From Lama guanicoe (Eukaryota): 64,000 nucleotides of DNA. Positions 12,451-27,612 of the stretch are shown piece after piece. Each line of letters starts with the position of its first letter. Position 1 is the first letter of the stretch. Position numbers and translations under genes: made by a program. The DNA lies in NCBI GenBank assembly GCA_013239625.1, contig MU053557.1, positions 1,867,063 to 1,931,062 of the forward strand, read 5' to 3'. Under the pieces are notes generated by a model. It did no database searches, was not told the origin of the DNA, and was given only the letters and a program-made list of their open reading frames with translations.

Positions 12451-15400
12451 CATCCCACGCTGCCGTATCCTCGAAAGTTTTCTGAGGTGTTCAGGAAGAC
12501 ATACTTCAGTTTAACAATATCCGGCAAAAGTGTCAAACGTCTGGAACCCCTAACAATGTGCTCTAAGCAAAAGAACCTTAGATGAGGGTGTAGACCAGCC
12601 TATAAAGATAGTTTTCACATTGTTATTTATAAAGGCAAATAATGCAATGCCCCATAATGATAACATTTAATAAAACATACTGGAATAATTTTATCCAAAG
12701 AATATACTTGGACACCCATTAAAAAGTCATTTAAAAAAAGTTATTTAAGAATCACATTTAACAAAGAAAGACAGTCCCCAAAGTAATGTAAAGTCAATGT
12801 AAAAGTGAGAATACCACATGTTTGTAAAAGTGATTTTTCTGCAGAGCGAGTAAGTAAACTGTAGCAGGCACGGTCTGCTCCTTCCATGGAATCCTACTCG
12901 GCAATGGGAAAAGAACAAACTCAACTGCTGATACCCAGAAGATGAAGCCCCCAGACACAATGCTGAGAAAGAAACAAAAAAGGATACAATAGAGCACATA
13001 CTATATGATTCCAAAGCACATGAAGATCAACAAGAGACAAAATTAATCTACAAGGATGGAGGTCAGAGTACTGGTTTCCTCTGGGATAACAGACTAGAAA
13101 GAGCACACACCTGAAGAGGGGGTGAATATAGTCTGTTTTCTCTTATATTAATCTTGTAACTGTGAACATTAATACATGGGGGAAAAAGAGGAAACATTGT
13201 TTTTAAATACGATAATATAGACTACTTGGTTTAAGACTCATCCAAACGAGACCTATGTGAGGGCCAGATGGTTTTCCTACCTTCAGACAGGAGGCTGTTG
13301 AGCCATCCCAGAGCAGAGGGGAGAATCAAACAGAACAAGACAGCAACTACCATCTAAGTTCCTCACAATGCTACAACCCTCTGGGGGTCAGACATAGGTA
13401 AACTGAATAGCCCCCACCTCCAGCAGAGAAGATGTCTCAAAACGTAGCTGTGTATGCAAACCAGGAGAAAGAACACAGCTTGTCAGTGTTTGTTTTGTTT
13501 TGTTTCATTTTCCACCTCTTTGCCCAACTACCAACCCTAGCCTTGATTAGAAAAATGGCCATCAACCTAACCTGGCACTGACCCTCGACCTGACGGAGGA
13601 GATGGATCCTTACATGAGCTAGACTGTCATCAGGTTCCTGGCTGTCATCTCAAGACCTTTAGGTTGCTCTGCATGACATCAATCCCTGGTTGATAAAACA
13701 CTGAAATTTTTAATATTCAAACTTTTTATTTACTACAGATGCAAGAAGCAAAGAAAAGAAGGATGGAAGGAAGGGAGGGAAGGAGAGAGGGAGGGAGGAA
13801 GGAAGAAAATTAAACTGGCATCTCTGTTCCATAAGAGATGCAAGAAGAGTTCATCCAAATTTTGCTAAACTTTTCTGCCAAAGAGTGTTTACTGCTTGCT
13901 GGAGAGCCAGATTTTCAACGAGTCATGCTGTATAAGATTAATAAGAACTTTGCACAAAACAGAGTTCCAAAAGGGATGCCAGCTGTTGGTCGGGTTTCCA
14001 CTGGAACCACAGGATACTGACTAGTTATCAGGGATTTCAAAATCTGGCTGCTCAACAGATTCACCAGGAAAAATTTTAAGATGTTGACTACCAGAGGCCA
14101 ACCAAGGCCTATAAAACTAGAATCACCACGATGAATCTATTTGTTTAGTTTCTCCCTCCCAAAACCTGCACTAATTCAAACTCAAAACCAAAGGGCAAAG
14201 GAGGATGGGAAGGAAAAAAATCAACAAGCACTCACTAAGACACTTCGAAAGCTCGTACTTGTAAATGGCACAGGATGCTGTCTTGGCTAAACATCATTGT
14301 TCCCAGTTCAGACAGCTTACTCCACTTTACAAAATTAGTACCTTTAAGGGATCAGGCCACCTTGAAAACAGCATTTATTCACCATTAGTTTCAATAAGAA
14401 CCTACATTATCTACTGCCTTATACTCTCCAAGTGCAGAGCATTCCCATTTATTATCCTATTAAATCTTCGCATCACTCTGTAGGGGAGCTCAGGCCAGCT
14501 TTATGGCTTTTCCCAGAGTCAAACGGCACCATACGTAAGTAACCAAGTAGCAGAAACCAGAAGAGAAGTATCTATGCTACTGAGTTCAAGATTCCGTCTG
14601 CAATGAATTTCCTACCAAGTTCTATCAGACTTTCCCAATTTGCACTTTATCCCCCTGCCAGCTCCCTCCCTTTTCACTTCCCTCTGCACATCCCCATGTT
14701 AGCCCATAAGAAGCCTGTCTGCCACTCATTCAACAGCCATGCAGCCTCCTCCTACACAGCCTCCTCGGTGAGCCCAGCCCTGGGCTAGATGCAGGGCTCC
14801 AGCAGGATGGAAAAGCAGAAAAGATGCTGATCATATGGACACACATGTATCTTTTAGAGGGCAGTCTTCCTGAGTGAAAAATCGGGCTCCTGCCCAGACG
14901 TCACAGTTATAGAAAGGGCCGTGTTGCTCCATGTTCTGTAACTGTTTCATCACCCACTGGAGCACTGGAAATCAAGGTCAGTATGAGCATAGGGAGACCT
15001 GTTTGGGGATGAATAGAGTTTTTATTCAGGCTATTAGATAACCGCACACTCAAGCCCTTTATCATCACGACTGAGGCTTAAAAATAATTCCTAAAGAAAG
15101 TGGACAAAGCCAGAATATTCTAATACTTCAGTAAAACCACATTGGGAAGTCAACTAAAAAGGCTACTGTCAAACACATGGAAGCCACCAAACCGTCAAAT
15201 TTGTTCCTGGGGAAGAAAAAGACAGAGCAGGGGAAAAACAGATACACAAAGGAAAATGCCCAAAAATCAGGCCCTCAAAACATGCAAATTACGCTATCTG
15301 TGATTCACCAGATAAATACTCCAGACACAGGCTGTTTTAATCCTGAAATTGAAAAATAAGAAATTCAAAATACCTTATTTAACAGAACGAAGAATATTCA

Positions 15401-15747
15401 CACAAGCAACTTCAATAATAATGAAAAGTTAAACTTATTGAACTAAGAACAGCTGCTCATCCTATGAATTTAAACTGTGTATAAAGTTTGATTTGGGCTT
15501 TTTGGTTTCTTTTACTGTATTTCAGGAAGGACTTGACTTTGATATTTTATAAATGTAGAGTCAACATAACCAATGTTATTAACACACATTCTACTAGAAT
15601 GAACATCTTTAAATCTCAGAAATAAGGTTTGCAAGCATCAATGGATAATCAGAAGCTGTCAGACATGGAAAGGTGAAGACATCCAGCCATTGAGATGCTC
15701 AGCACTGAGTATGGGAGAATAGTCTTGTTATGCAAAAGCAAGAGAAA

Positions 15748-15764
15748 TCCCTCCAGCCTCCACC

Positions 15765-15795
<31 letters not shown>

Positions 15796-18700
15796 GAAAA
15801 AGAAGAAAAAGAAAAAAATACAAAAAATTAAAAATAAAAAACTAAAAAAACTTTTAAAAATTAAATTACTTTCCAAACCTAAAGAAGGAATCAGATATCC
15901 TACTACACGAAACTCAGAGGGTCCTAAACAGGAAAAACCCAAACAGACCCACACTAAGACATATCATAATCAAGATGGCCAGAGTCAAAGATAAAAAATG
16001 ATCCTAAAGGCAGCAAGAGAAAAACAAAGAGTGAGTTACAAGGGAACCCCCCATAAGGCTCTCAGCTGATTTCTCTACACAAACACTACAGGCCAGAAGG
16101 GAGTGGCAAGACATATTTAAAGTCCTGAATGAAAAAAAGATGCAGCCTAGGATACTCTATCCAGCAAAGCTATCCTTTAGAATAGAAGGAGAGATATAGA
16201 ATTTCATAGACAAGCAAAAACTAAGAGTTTAGCAACACTAAACCCATGCTAAAAGAAATATTGACAGGTCTACCCTAAATAGAAAAGAAGCAGGATGCTA
16301 CAAAAATGGGAAAGTCATAACTGGAAAGGTGATAACTATCATGAATTACAAATATAATAAACACAAAATTGTAAAAGAAGACATCTAAATCATTAAGAGT
16401 GGGAGACAGAAGCAAGGAAATATAGAGTATTTTTTTTTCTTTTTTAAATTTTTTGTTCTCTGTAGGATGGGTTTGAGATTATATTACTACCTGTTTAATA
16501 CAAACAGTTATAGTAATGGGTTAACAGACTTATAGAAAAGAGTAACCACAAGCCAAAAACTCACAAGGGAGTCACAAAAACTGAATAAAATCCAAGACAG
16601 TACAAAGAAAACTTACCAAGCCACAAAAGGAAGAAGAAAGGAACAAAGAGGAAATATCAAATCAACTGCAAAAATAAGTTCAAAATGGCAATAAACACAC
16701 ATCTGTCATTAATTACTGTAAATGTTAATGGACTAAATGCTCCAGTCAAAAGACATAGCGTGGCAGACTAGATAATAAAGCAGGAACCTTCAATATGCTG
16801 CATACAAGAGACCCACTTTAGGGTGAAGGACACACATAGATTAAGAGTGAAAGGATGGAAAAGGATATTCCATACAAATGGAAAAGCCAAAAAAGCAGGT
16901 GTAGCAGTACTGATTTCGGACAAAATAGACTTTAAAACAAAGGCCATAAAAGATAAAGAAGGACATTTTATACTGATTAAAGGAGTAATACAAGATGAGG
17001 ATATTACACTCATTAATATATATGCCCCCAATATAGGAACACCTAAGGACATAAAACAATTACTAACAGAGATAAAGGGGGATATTGACGGGAATACAAT
17101 CATTGTCAGAGATTTTAACATCACATTAACATCACTAGACAGATCTTCCAGACAGAAGATAAATAAAGCAACAGAGAAATTAAGTGATACAATAGAAAAA
17201 CTAGAGTTGGTGGATATTTACACTCCCCAAAAATAGGATATGCATTCTTTTCAAGTGCACATGGAACATTTTCTAGGACTGATCATGTACTTGGGCACAA
17301 AAGAAGCCTCAACAATTTTAAGAAGATAGAAATCATGTCAAGCATCTTTATTGACCATAATGCCATGAAACTAGAAATCAACTACAGGAAAAAAAGGAAA
17401 GCATGGAGATTAAACAACATGCTATTAAAAAACCAATGGGTCAATGAGGAAATCAAAGATGAAATTAAAAAATACTTTGAGACAAATGAAAATGAAAACC
17501 CAACTACACAAAATTTATGAGACACAGCAAAGGCAGTGCTAAGAGGGAAGTCTACAGCAACACAGGCCTTCCTCAGAAAAGAAGAACAATCTTAAATAAA
17601 CAATTTAACACACCAGCTAAAAGAATTAGAAAAAGAAGAGCAAAAAACCCCAAAAGGCAGCAGAAGGAAGCAAATAATAAAGATCAGGGAGGAAATAAAT
17701 AAATTAGAGATTAAAAAAACAACAGATAAAGGCAATCAAACAAAAAGCTGTTTTTTTGAAAAAGTAAATAAAATCGACAAACCTCTGGCCAAACTCACAA
17801 AGAAGAAAAAAGAGAGAGCACAAATTAGCAAAATAAGAAAGGAAAATGGAGAAATTACAACAAACAAAATAGAAATACAGAATATCATACAAGAATATTA
17901 TGAAAAACTATATGGAACCAAACTGGATAACCTAGAGGAGATGGACAAGTTTCTGGAAACATACAGTACACCAAGACTGAATCAAGGAGAAACTGACCAC
18001 TTGAACAAACCGATCACTAGAAATGAAATCGAATTAGCAATAAAAACCTCCCTACAAATAAAAGTCCAAGACTGGACGGCTTCACCAGGGAATTCTACCA
18101 AACATACAAAGAACTCATACCAGTCCTTCTCAAACTCTTCCAGACGATTGAAAAGGAGGGAATACTCCCAAACTCATTCTATGAAGCCACCATCACCCTG
18201 ATACCAAAACCAGGCAAAGACACTACAAAAAAAGAGAATTATAGGCCAATATCACTAATAAACATAGAGGCAAAACTCCTCACCAAAATATTAGCAAATA
18301 GGATCCAACAGCACATAAAAAAGATTATACATCATGACCAAGTGGGGTTCATTCCAGGGACACAAGGGTGGTTCAACATATGCAAATCAATGTAATACAT
18401 CACATCAACAAGAGAAAGGACAAAAACCACATGATCATCTCANNNNNNNNNNNNNNNNNNNNNNNNNNNNNNNNNNNNNNNNNNNNNNNNNNNNNNNNNN
18501 NNNNNNNNNNNAGTAAAGAAACAATCCCCTTTAAAATAGCACCCAAAGTAATAAAATATCTGGGAATAAATCTAACCAAGGAGGTGAAAGAATTATACAC
18601 AGAAAACTATAAACCATTGATGAAGGAAATTAAAGAAGACTTTAAAAAATGGAAAGATATCCCATGCTCCTGGATTGGAAGAATCAATATTGTTAAAAAT

Positions 18701-20822
18701 GGTCACACTGCCCAAGACAATCTACAGATTTAATGCAATCCCTATCCAATTACCCAGGACATATTTCACAGAACTAGAACAAATCATAATACAATTTATA
18801 TGGAATCACAAAAGACCTAGAATTGCCAAAGCATTACTGAAGAGAAAGAAAGATGCTGGAGGAATAACTCTCCCAGACTTCAGACAATACTATAGAGCTA
18901 CAGTCATCAAGACAGCATGGTATTGGTACCAAAACAGACATATAGACCAACAGAACAGAATAGAGAGCCCAGAAATGAACCCACAAACTTTTGGTCAACT
19001 AATCTTCGACAAAGGAGGCAAGAATATACAATGGAATAAAGACCATCTCTTCAGCAAATGGTGTTGGGAAAACTACACAGCAGCATGTAAATCAATGAAG
19101 CTAGAACATTCCCTTACACCATACACAAAAATAAACACAAAATGGATCAAAGACTTAAACATAAGACAAGATACAATAAACCTCCCAGAAGAAAATATAG
19201 GCAAAACATTATCTGACATACACCTTAAAAATGTTCTCCTAGGACAGTCTACCCAAGCAATAAAAATAAAAGCAAGAATAAGCAAATGGGACCTAATTAA
19301 ACTTACAGGCTTCTGCAAAGCAAGGAAACCATAAATTAAACAAAATGACAACCTATGGAATGGGAGAAAAATTTTGTAAATGAAACCAACAAAAGCTTGA
19401 TCTCTAGAATATATAAGCAGCTCATAACAACTTAATAAGAAAAAAGCAAAACAACCCAATCCAAAGATGGGCACAAGACCTAAACAAGCAATTTTCCAAG
19501 GAAGAAATACAAATGATCAATAGGCACTTGAAAAAAAATGCTCAGTATCACTAATTATCAGAGAAATGTAAATCAAGACTACAATGAGGTATCACCTCAC
19601 ACCAGTCAGAATGGCCATCATTCAAAAGTCCACAAACGACAAATGCTGGAGAGGCTGTGGAGAAAGGGGAACCCCCTCCTATGCTGCTGGTGGGAATGCA
19701 GTTTGGTGCAGCCACTGTGGAAAACAGTATGGAGATTCCTCAAAAGACTAGGAATAGACTTATCATATGATCCAGGAATCCTGCTCCTGGGCATATATCC
19801 AGAAGGAACCTTAATTCAAAATGACACCTGCACCTCAATGTTCATAGCAGCACTATTTACAATAGCCAAGACATGGAGACAGCCTAAATGTCCATCAACA
19901 GATGACTAGATAAGGAAGATGTGGTATATTTATACAATGGAATACTATTCAGCCATAAAAACCGACAACATAACACCATTTGCAGCAACTTGGATGCTCC
20001 TGGAGAATGTCATTCTAAATGAAGTAAGCCAAAAAGAGAAAGAAAAATACCATATGAGATCGCTCATATGTGGAATCTAAAAAACAAAAACAAAAACAAA
20101 CAAACAAACAAACAAAAACAAAGCATAAATACAGGACAGAAATAGACTCATAGACAGAGAATATAGACTTGTGGTTACCAGAGGGGTGGAGGGTGGGAAG
20201 GGACAGACTGGGATTTCAAAACTATAGAATAGATAAACAAGATTACACTGTACAGCACAGGGAAATATACACAAAATGTTATGATAACTCACAGAGAAAA
20301 AAATGTGACAATGAGTGTGTATATGTCCATGAATGACTGAAAAATTGTGCTGAACACTGGAATTTGACACAACATTGTAAAATGATTATAAATCAATAAA
20401 AAATGTTAAAAAATAAAAAAATTTTAAAAAAGCAAAAAAAACCCCCATAAACACAAAGTAGAAACAGACTCATAGACATAGAATAAAAACGTGTGGTTGC
20501 CAAGGGGGCAGGGGGGTGGGAAGGGACAGATTGGGATTTCAAAATGTAGAACAGATAAACAAGATTATACTATATAGCACAGGGAAATATATACAACATC
20601 TTGTGGTAGCTCACAGTGAAAAAAATGTGACAATGAATATACGTATATTCATGTATAACTGAAAAATTGTGTTCTACACTGGAATATGACACAACATTGT
20701 AAAATGACAATTATTTAATTAAAAAAGTTTTAAAAAAGAAATAATTGGCAAATAAAAAAAGAAAAAATTAAATTAAAAGATTTTTTAAAGATAAACAAAT
20801 CCAAAAAATTAAATTAAATTAA
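15748..20822 (+). mobile_element. 5'-truncated, inactive LINE-1 (ORF1 3' part, ORF2, doubled 3'UTR, A-tail), antisense to PRELID2
   Basis: ORF2 starts ATG GCA ATA AAC at 16685, with endonuclease (INIYAPN), RT (IKYLGINL) and C-terminal (LLCCWWEC) motifs broken by stops and frameshifts; TSD AAAAGCAAGAGAAA at 15734-15747 and 20823-20836. Confidence 0.95.
18443..18511. other. Assembly gap (69 N) inside the L1 RT domain
   Basis: Run of N. Confidence 0.99.
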
Positions 20823-21809
20823 AAAAGCAAGAGAAACCCAGCCGTGCAACATCAAGACCAGAATGAGTCTCCCCTGATGGTGGTAACTTAAATCTTGCTT
20901 CAAGATCACAGAAAAGTTTTCACTAACCACCAAAACACACATAGTTATGGAGAAAGGGCAAAGCCTAAGAAAATACTTTTACAAGATGATTTTTTTTTTA
21001 GAATTTCATTACACAGGTAAAGTAAATATTATTAAAGCCAACTCAAGTGGGTATCAATTATATTCCCACACAGTACAATAAAAAAATCTATTTTTATGAG
21101 GAAAAGAACCAGAAACTGACAAATACATTTTAAAGTCTAGAAACAAACACAAATGAGTAAGAAATGAATAAGCTTATCGTAGAAATGTAAGGTTTCTCTT
21201 CCTTCTGAAAATTCTAAAACAATACATGCCATTCTCCACTTTCAAAAGTGAATGCCTGTGTCCAGCTGTTCATAATAAACGAAGCACATTCCCACAAGAA
21301 CTAACTTTTAATTTTTTTATCTTTGGATTAAGGTCATTTTCCTGGTTTGGCCCATGTGTCCCAAGGCAAAGCAGTACATCACTTCCAGGGTGTCTGACCC
21401 TGGAAGCTCAGGAGGTCCTCTGTGCATGAAGGCTCTGAGCTTACAACAGCCACAGTCACACAGCATGCACCGAGAAGAGGACACCAAATCTGGGGGACTG
21501 CAGTCCATGCCTAATGCTTACACTGACCTCTGGATGTCATGCTCTCAAGCGATTAAATCTCACTCTGGAAGTAGAAAAGAAGGGTTCTCACCCCCATGGC
21601 TCTCAAATTTGGGAGCTAACACTCCCAGAAATGGTGTGCCAAGGGAATGCAAATTAACAATGTGGACCATCTTTCTTCAGTGTAATGGTAAATAGCCATA
21701 AATGCTGTTTCTACTTTAAATTGTACACACTAAGGATTAGAACCAAAAGTCTGGTCTGAGTTTTTAAGAAGATGAAGATAATAACAACAAAAAACGTCAT
21801 AATGCTAAA

Positions 21810-21975
21810 CAACACTAACATTTACCGACCACTCTCGGCAGGCGCTGCTCTGAGCTCTCAACATGTACAAACTCATTCAATTCTCACAACCACCCTCTGC
21901 GGTAGTGATATTGTGTCCATCATACAAATGAGGAAACTGAGGCTCAGAGAAGTGAAATAAACTGTGGAAGGACAT
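21810..21975 (-). mobile_element. MIR (representative; other MIR relics near 4260, 5600, 9320, 11200, 11950, 22730, 35950, 37050, 39820, 41830, 47200, 52800, 55570)
   Basis: Core ACAAATGAGGAAACTGAGGCTCAGAGAAG. Confidence 0.8.
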
Positions 21976-22910
21976 ATAATGATAGTTTCAGAGGTGAGTT
22001 TCTAACCAAAGAATCCAGTCAGTTCCTGGGACGTAGGGCATGAGATACCCTGTCCGGGCCAGGGGAGCCAGGTTGGCTGTGTGAATGAAGTACACCTGTA
22101 CTGTAGACAAAGGAGCCAGGTATGGAAAGACAAGAGACTGTGAGGCTGCCTTAGTTCCTGCTGGCTTTCTAGTTCCTGGTTCCTGTCCTTTGGGAGGCCC
22201 TATCACTGGTACAGAGATATCCGTGTATTCATTTGCTGTAATAAGTTTCTGTTACTTCTGAAGCATAACAAAGACAACACGGGTGCCTGCCAAAGCGAAG
22301 TGTGAGAGGGAAACAGGTGTGCAGTGGTCCTTGCTCCTACACTCCAGTGATGTGTCCAGGGGCCCGTCTCTCTGCCACGCAGCCCCATGCTTCAGAGGGA
22401 AGAGACCCACCCCTGGCTCCAGGGGCAGATCTTGACTGGGGAGGGCCAGCCATTCAGCCCATATCAGCCTCTGACCATTCTCACTGGTCCAAGAGGAAGC
22501 GGGTGATCGAGGTCACTCAAACAGGTTCAGAGGAAGGCCTTGCCCCTCAGCGCTAGGATGGGTTCTCTTGCTCTCACAGATCGCCTTCCCTCACTGAATG
22601 AGGATGTAAGAAGTGTGCTGACCCTAGTAGCCAATAAGAACACCCAACCTGAAAAAAAATTATAATAATAATTGGATACACAGGGAAAGGTGGAGCCAAA
22701 AGAACAACCACCATGTAGCTGATTCTGACACTCACTGGCCATCTTAGCTGATATAAGTTACCCAACTTCTCTATGCCTCAGGCTGTAAAATGGGGGTAAT
22801 AATAGTTTCAACCCCATGGGGTGCTATGAGGATTAAATGAAATTACATACATTAAATTCATAAATACACACACACACATACAAATGTCAAGCACTTAGAA
22901 CAGTGCCTGG

Positions 22911-23061
22911 AGGGTAGGGATAGCTCAGTGGTAGAATACGTGCTTAGCATGCACGAGGTCCTGGGTTCAACCCCCAGTACCTCCACTAAATAAATACATA
23001 AGTAAGTAAATAAACCTAATTCCCTCCCCCCACAAAAAAACAATTAAAAAAAAGAAGAAGA
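22911..23061 (+). mobile_element. tRNA-derived SINE (Vic-1-like) nested in a MIR
   Basis: A and B boxes; TSD AGAACAGTGCCTGG at 22897-22910 and 23062-23075. Confidence 0.9.
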
Positions 23062-26000
23062 AGAACAGTGCCTGGCACAGAGTAAACACATGTAAGTGAT
23101 GGCTGGTGTCATCTAATCAGGGTGTCTGTCAATTGCTGTGGAAGGTGACCTAACTGGTACAGGAGAAGCGACAGAACATAGGAGGACTTCTCTGAGGCAT
23201 GGAGTGTGATGCTGGACTCAGGAAAAATGGAGTTGAGTGCAAAACATCACATCACTCTGTCTTCCAAAAATAGATGTCAATTCCATGCTAGGAAAACTGC
23301 AGGAAGAAAATGTCCGATGAACTCAGCAAAGGAAGAAAGCACATTAGAAACACCCAGTTGTGGGACACACAGATGCGGAAAGACCCACAGAGCTGCTGCC
23401 CAGGAAGGGGCCTCGTCTACAGAGACGTCGGCAGGAAGCCAAAACTGGATCCTTGCAAAGAGACACAGAGCGAGGCTCAGTCAGATTCCACAGGAAACCC
23501 ATTCTGAGCCAGCTCTGAACTGAGCTGACAGGCCACGCACGGGGACGGAATGACATCTGGTTTCTCACAGCACACCCACACCTGCCAAGCAACATACAGC
23601 TTGAAGGTCTAATTTTAGAGTCAGCAGCCATGACAGCTTTTTTTTCTTTTAAAAAAATTGTCCGTATTTCATCTTCTGGGCACAGTGGCTAGCCATACTC
23701 TCACATTCCCTGCAAAGAGGGGGACAGAAGTAATAACGTGTCCTTCTTTCTTTGACCTCCCCCCAAAATTACCCATTCACTTAGAATGGCTTTCTAAATC
23801 CATGTCATGACCTAACAAAATATAAACTTCCCAGCACCTGAATCACAGCTTTCATCACGTCACCTCTGCTCAGAAACCTGTGTGTGGCTGCTTGTTGCTG
23901 AAAGAATAAAACCCATTGTCCATAACCTACAGTCCCCAATTTTGGGACAAGTCCATCCTTTATAAATGCCCATATTCCGGCCTCAGCACTTGGCTCAAGG
24001 TGGGCTCTCATCTTGGCTCGGCAGCTTAGCGACTGTATCACTTTGGGTAAGTTACTGAACCCGAGCTTCAAAACACTGCGGGTGAAGGATCTAGCTTTGA
24101 TCTTGACATACTAGGAGTCAATAAATACCGTCCTGCTGTGTCAATAATGGAAAAGAGAGTATTTTGGAGAGGATGAGAATATAACAAACCAAAGAAAGGA
24201 AAAAGTGTACTTGGTCAAACCTTTTTATAGAGGAATCTGGGAATACGTATCGAAATACAAAATGCACATAACCTTTGACTCAGGAATCCCACACTGTCCA
24301 TCTACCTTAAAAGGTCATCGAGTAAGTGGGGAAATATGTAACCATAGGGACTTCATCACAGCAATGTGTATAATGGCAAAAAATTCAGAAACGATCTAAA
24401 TGCCATTAGGACTGGACCAAGAAAATTATGTAAACAGACACTAATGTTAGGTGATCAAAAATGCTTCTTTTTTCCTGAATTGTTTAGTATTTTTTACAAA
24501 ATACATGTATCATTTTTTTCCAGAATCAGAGTGACTAAAAAATAACTTTTAAAAACACACAAAGGGAAAAGGTCCTGAAGGATGTTTTCTCTGGATTCCC
24601 AGGGCCAATTATCATTTTATAAGGAACTGATGAAGGTTTAGTATAGCTTTTCAGACTAGCCAAAAGCGCAGATACCTGCGAAAAATGAGGCTGAAAAGAG
24701 GTAGACGGACTGAAAGACTTACGTGTTTTTTGTATAAAATCAGAATTCTGTCCTTTTTATGACTTTTATGTACTTTAAAAAAAAGCTCTCTTCTTTACCC
24801 ACAACTTTTAAGTTAATCCCAACAAACATCCATGTTCTGTGCAAAGCTCTTGTCATGAGGGACACTGAGGGAAAAAAAAAACTCATGGGTGGTTCACAGC
24901 AAACCCACCTCTGACGCTAATAAGACTTGGCATTCACACTCATCTAGTGTGCTACTGAGCATTCTAGAATTGTCACTCCAGGACCAAAATTATGGAGAGC
25001 AGAAATGATCTGCACATGTGATGGGGCTTCAGAATGGATTTTAGATTTCTCGGTTTTAGTTATTCAGATTTGAGGGCTTTATTTCCCTTTAAATGATAGG
25101 TGAATAAAAAACTCAAGCCATACAGAATGATGCCAAAACACACAGTAAACTTTTCTCTAAAATCACAGTTCACAGCAATAATCACTATCCACATTGGGTG
25201 CTTGCTAAACAGTTTGCTTTTGTTTTTAAGCCTACCTCAAAGGAATTAATCATTTCTCACCCATTAAACTGACAAAAATAAAAAAGCATGTTAATATTAA
25301 TTCCTGGCAATGTTGCAGGGAAACGAACTCTCATGGGCTGTTCATCAGAGTGTAAATGAATGCATGAACACACTGGTGACAGAATCTGTATAAACTAAAT
25401 GTATGCACATCCTGAGAACCAGCCATATTCTTTTACCAAGAAATAACTCACATACCATGCAATTCACCCTTTCCGGTGTACAGGTCAATGGTTTTAGTAT
25501 ACCCACAGAGCTGTGCAACCATCAACACTCGTTCCAGAGTATTTTCATCACCCCAAAGAGAAATTCCACACCATTAGCAGTCACTCCCTCCTCCCCTTTC
25601 CTCCTTGCCCCTAGCAACCACTAGTCTACTTTTGATCCCTATGGACTTGCTTATCACGAACATTTTAAATAAGCTGATTCAAACAAAATACGGCCTTTTG
25701 TAACTAACTTCCTTCACTTAGCACAGTGTTTTCAGGCTTCATCCATGTTGTAACATGATTACTCCATTTCTTTTTACGGCCAAATTCTATTGCATGGATA
25801 TACCACATTCATCAATTGATGGGCACCTGACTAGTTTCCACATTCTGCCAATTATGAATAACGGTGTTATGAACATTCCTTTACAAATTTTTCTGTGGAC
25901 ACATTTCAATACAATGTAGAATTGCTGGGTCAAGCAGTAACTATGTTTAACTATTCCAGGCATTGAAAAACTATTTTCCACAGCAGCTGAACTATCTACA

Positions 26001-26110
26001 TTCCCATCAGCAGCAGTGTGCAAGGGTTTCAATTTCTCCACATCCTTTCCAACACTTGTTATTGTGCGTCCTTTTTCATATAGCCATCCCAGCAGGTTTG
26101 AAGTCGTATC

Positions 26111-27217
<1,107 letters not shown>

Positions 27218-27612
27218 TTGAATGTGGATATCCAGTTATACCAATATCATGTGTTGAAAAGACTATTCCTTCCCTGTTGAATTACCTTGGCATACTTTTA
27301 AAATCTACCTTCAACGTTCTATAGCTTGACTGCGGCAGTGGTTACACAACTGTATATGTGTGCATTTGTCAAAACTTACTGAACTGTACAGTAAGAAGAA
27401 TACATTTTGTTGTAAGTAATAACTCAATAAACTTAACAATTAAAAATTCTCCGTTAACATAGTATCATTTGCCAGCTATATTTCAATAATAAAAAAATTC
27501 TCCTTTAGAGAAACCTTCAATTATACAAGGATCACATGCTTCACAAATAGTAAAGTACTATGTATAATAAAGAGTAACTAGAAACCATCTGAGCATCTGT
27601 CAGAAAAAAAAA

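Noticed and set aside
15649..15994. Lys-rich and Phe-rich ORFs
   Set aside because: Translations of the poly(A) tract plus an L1 ORF1 remnant.
16685..20079. L1 ORF2 as a functional CDS
   Set aside because: Early TAG near 16768, several frameshifts and a missing RT core.
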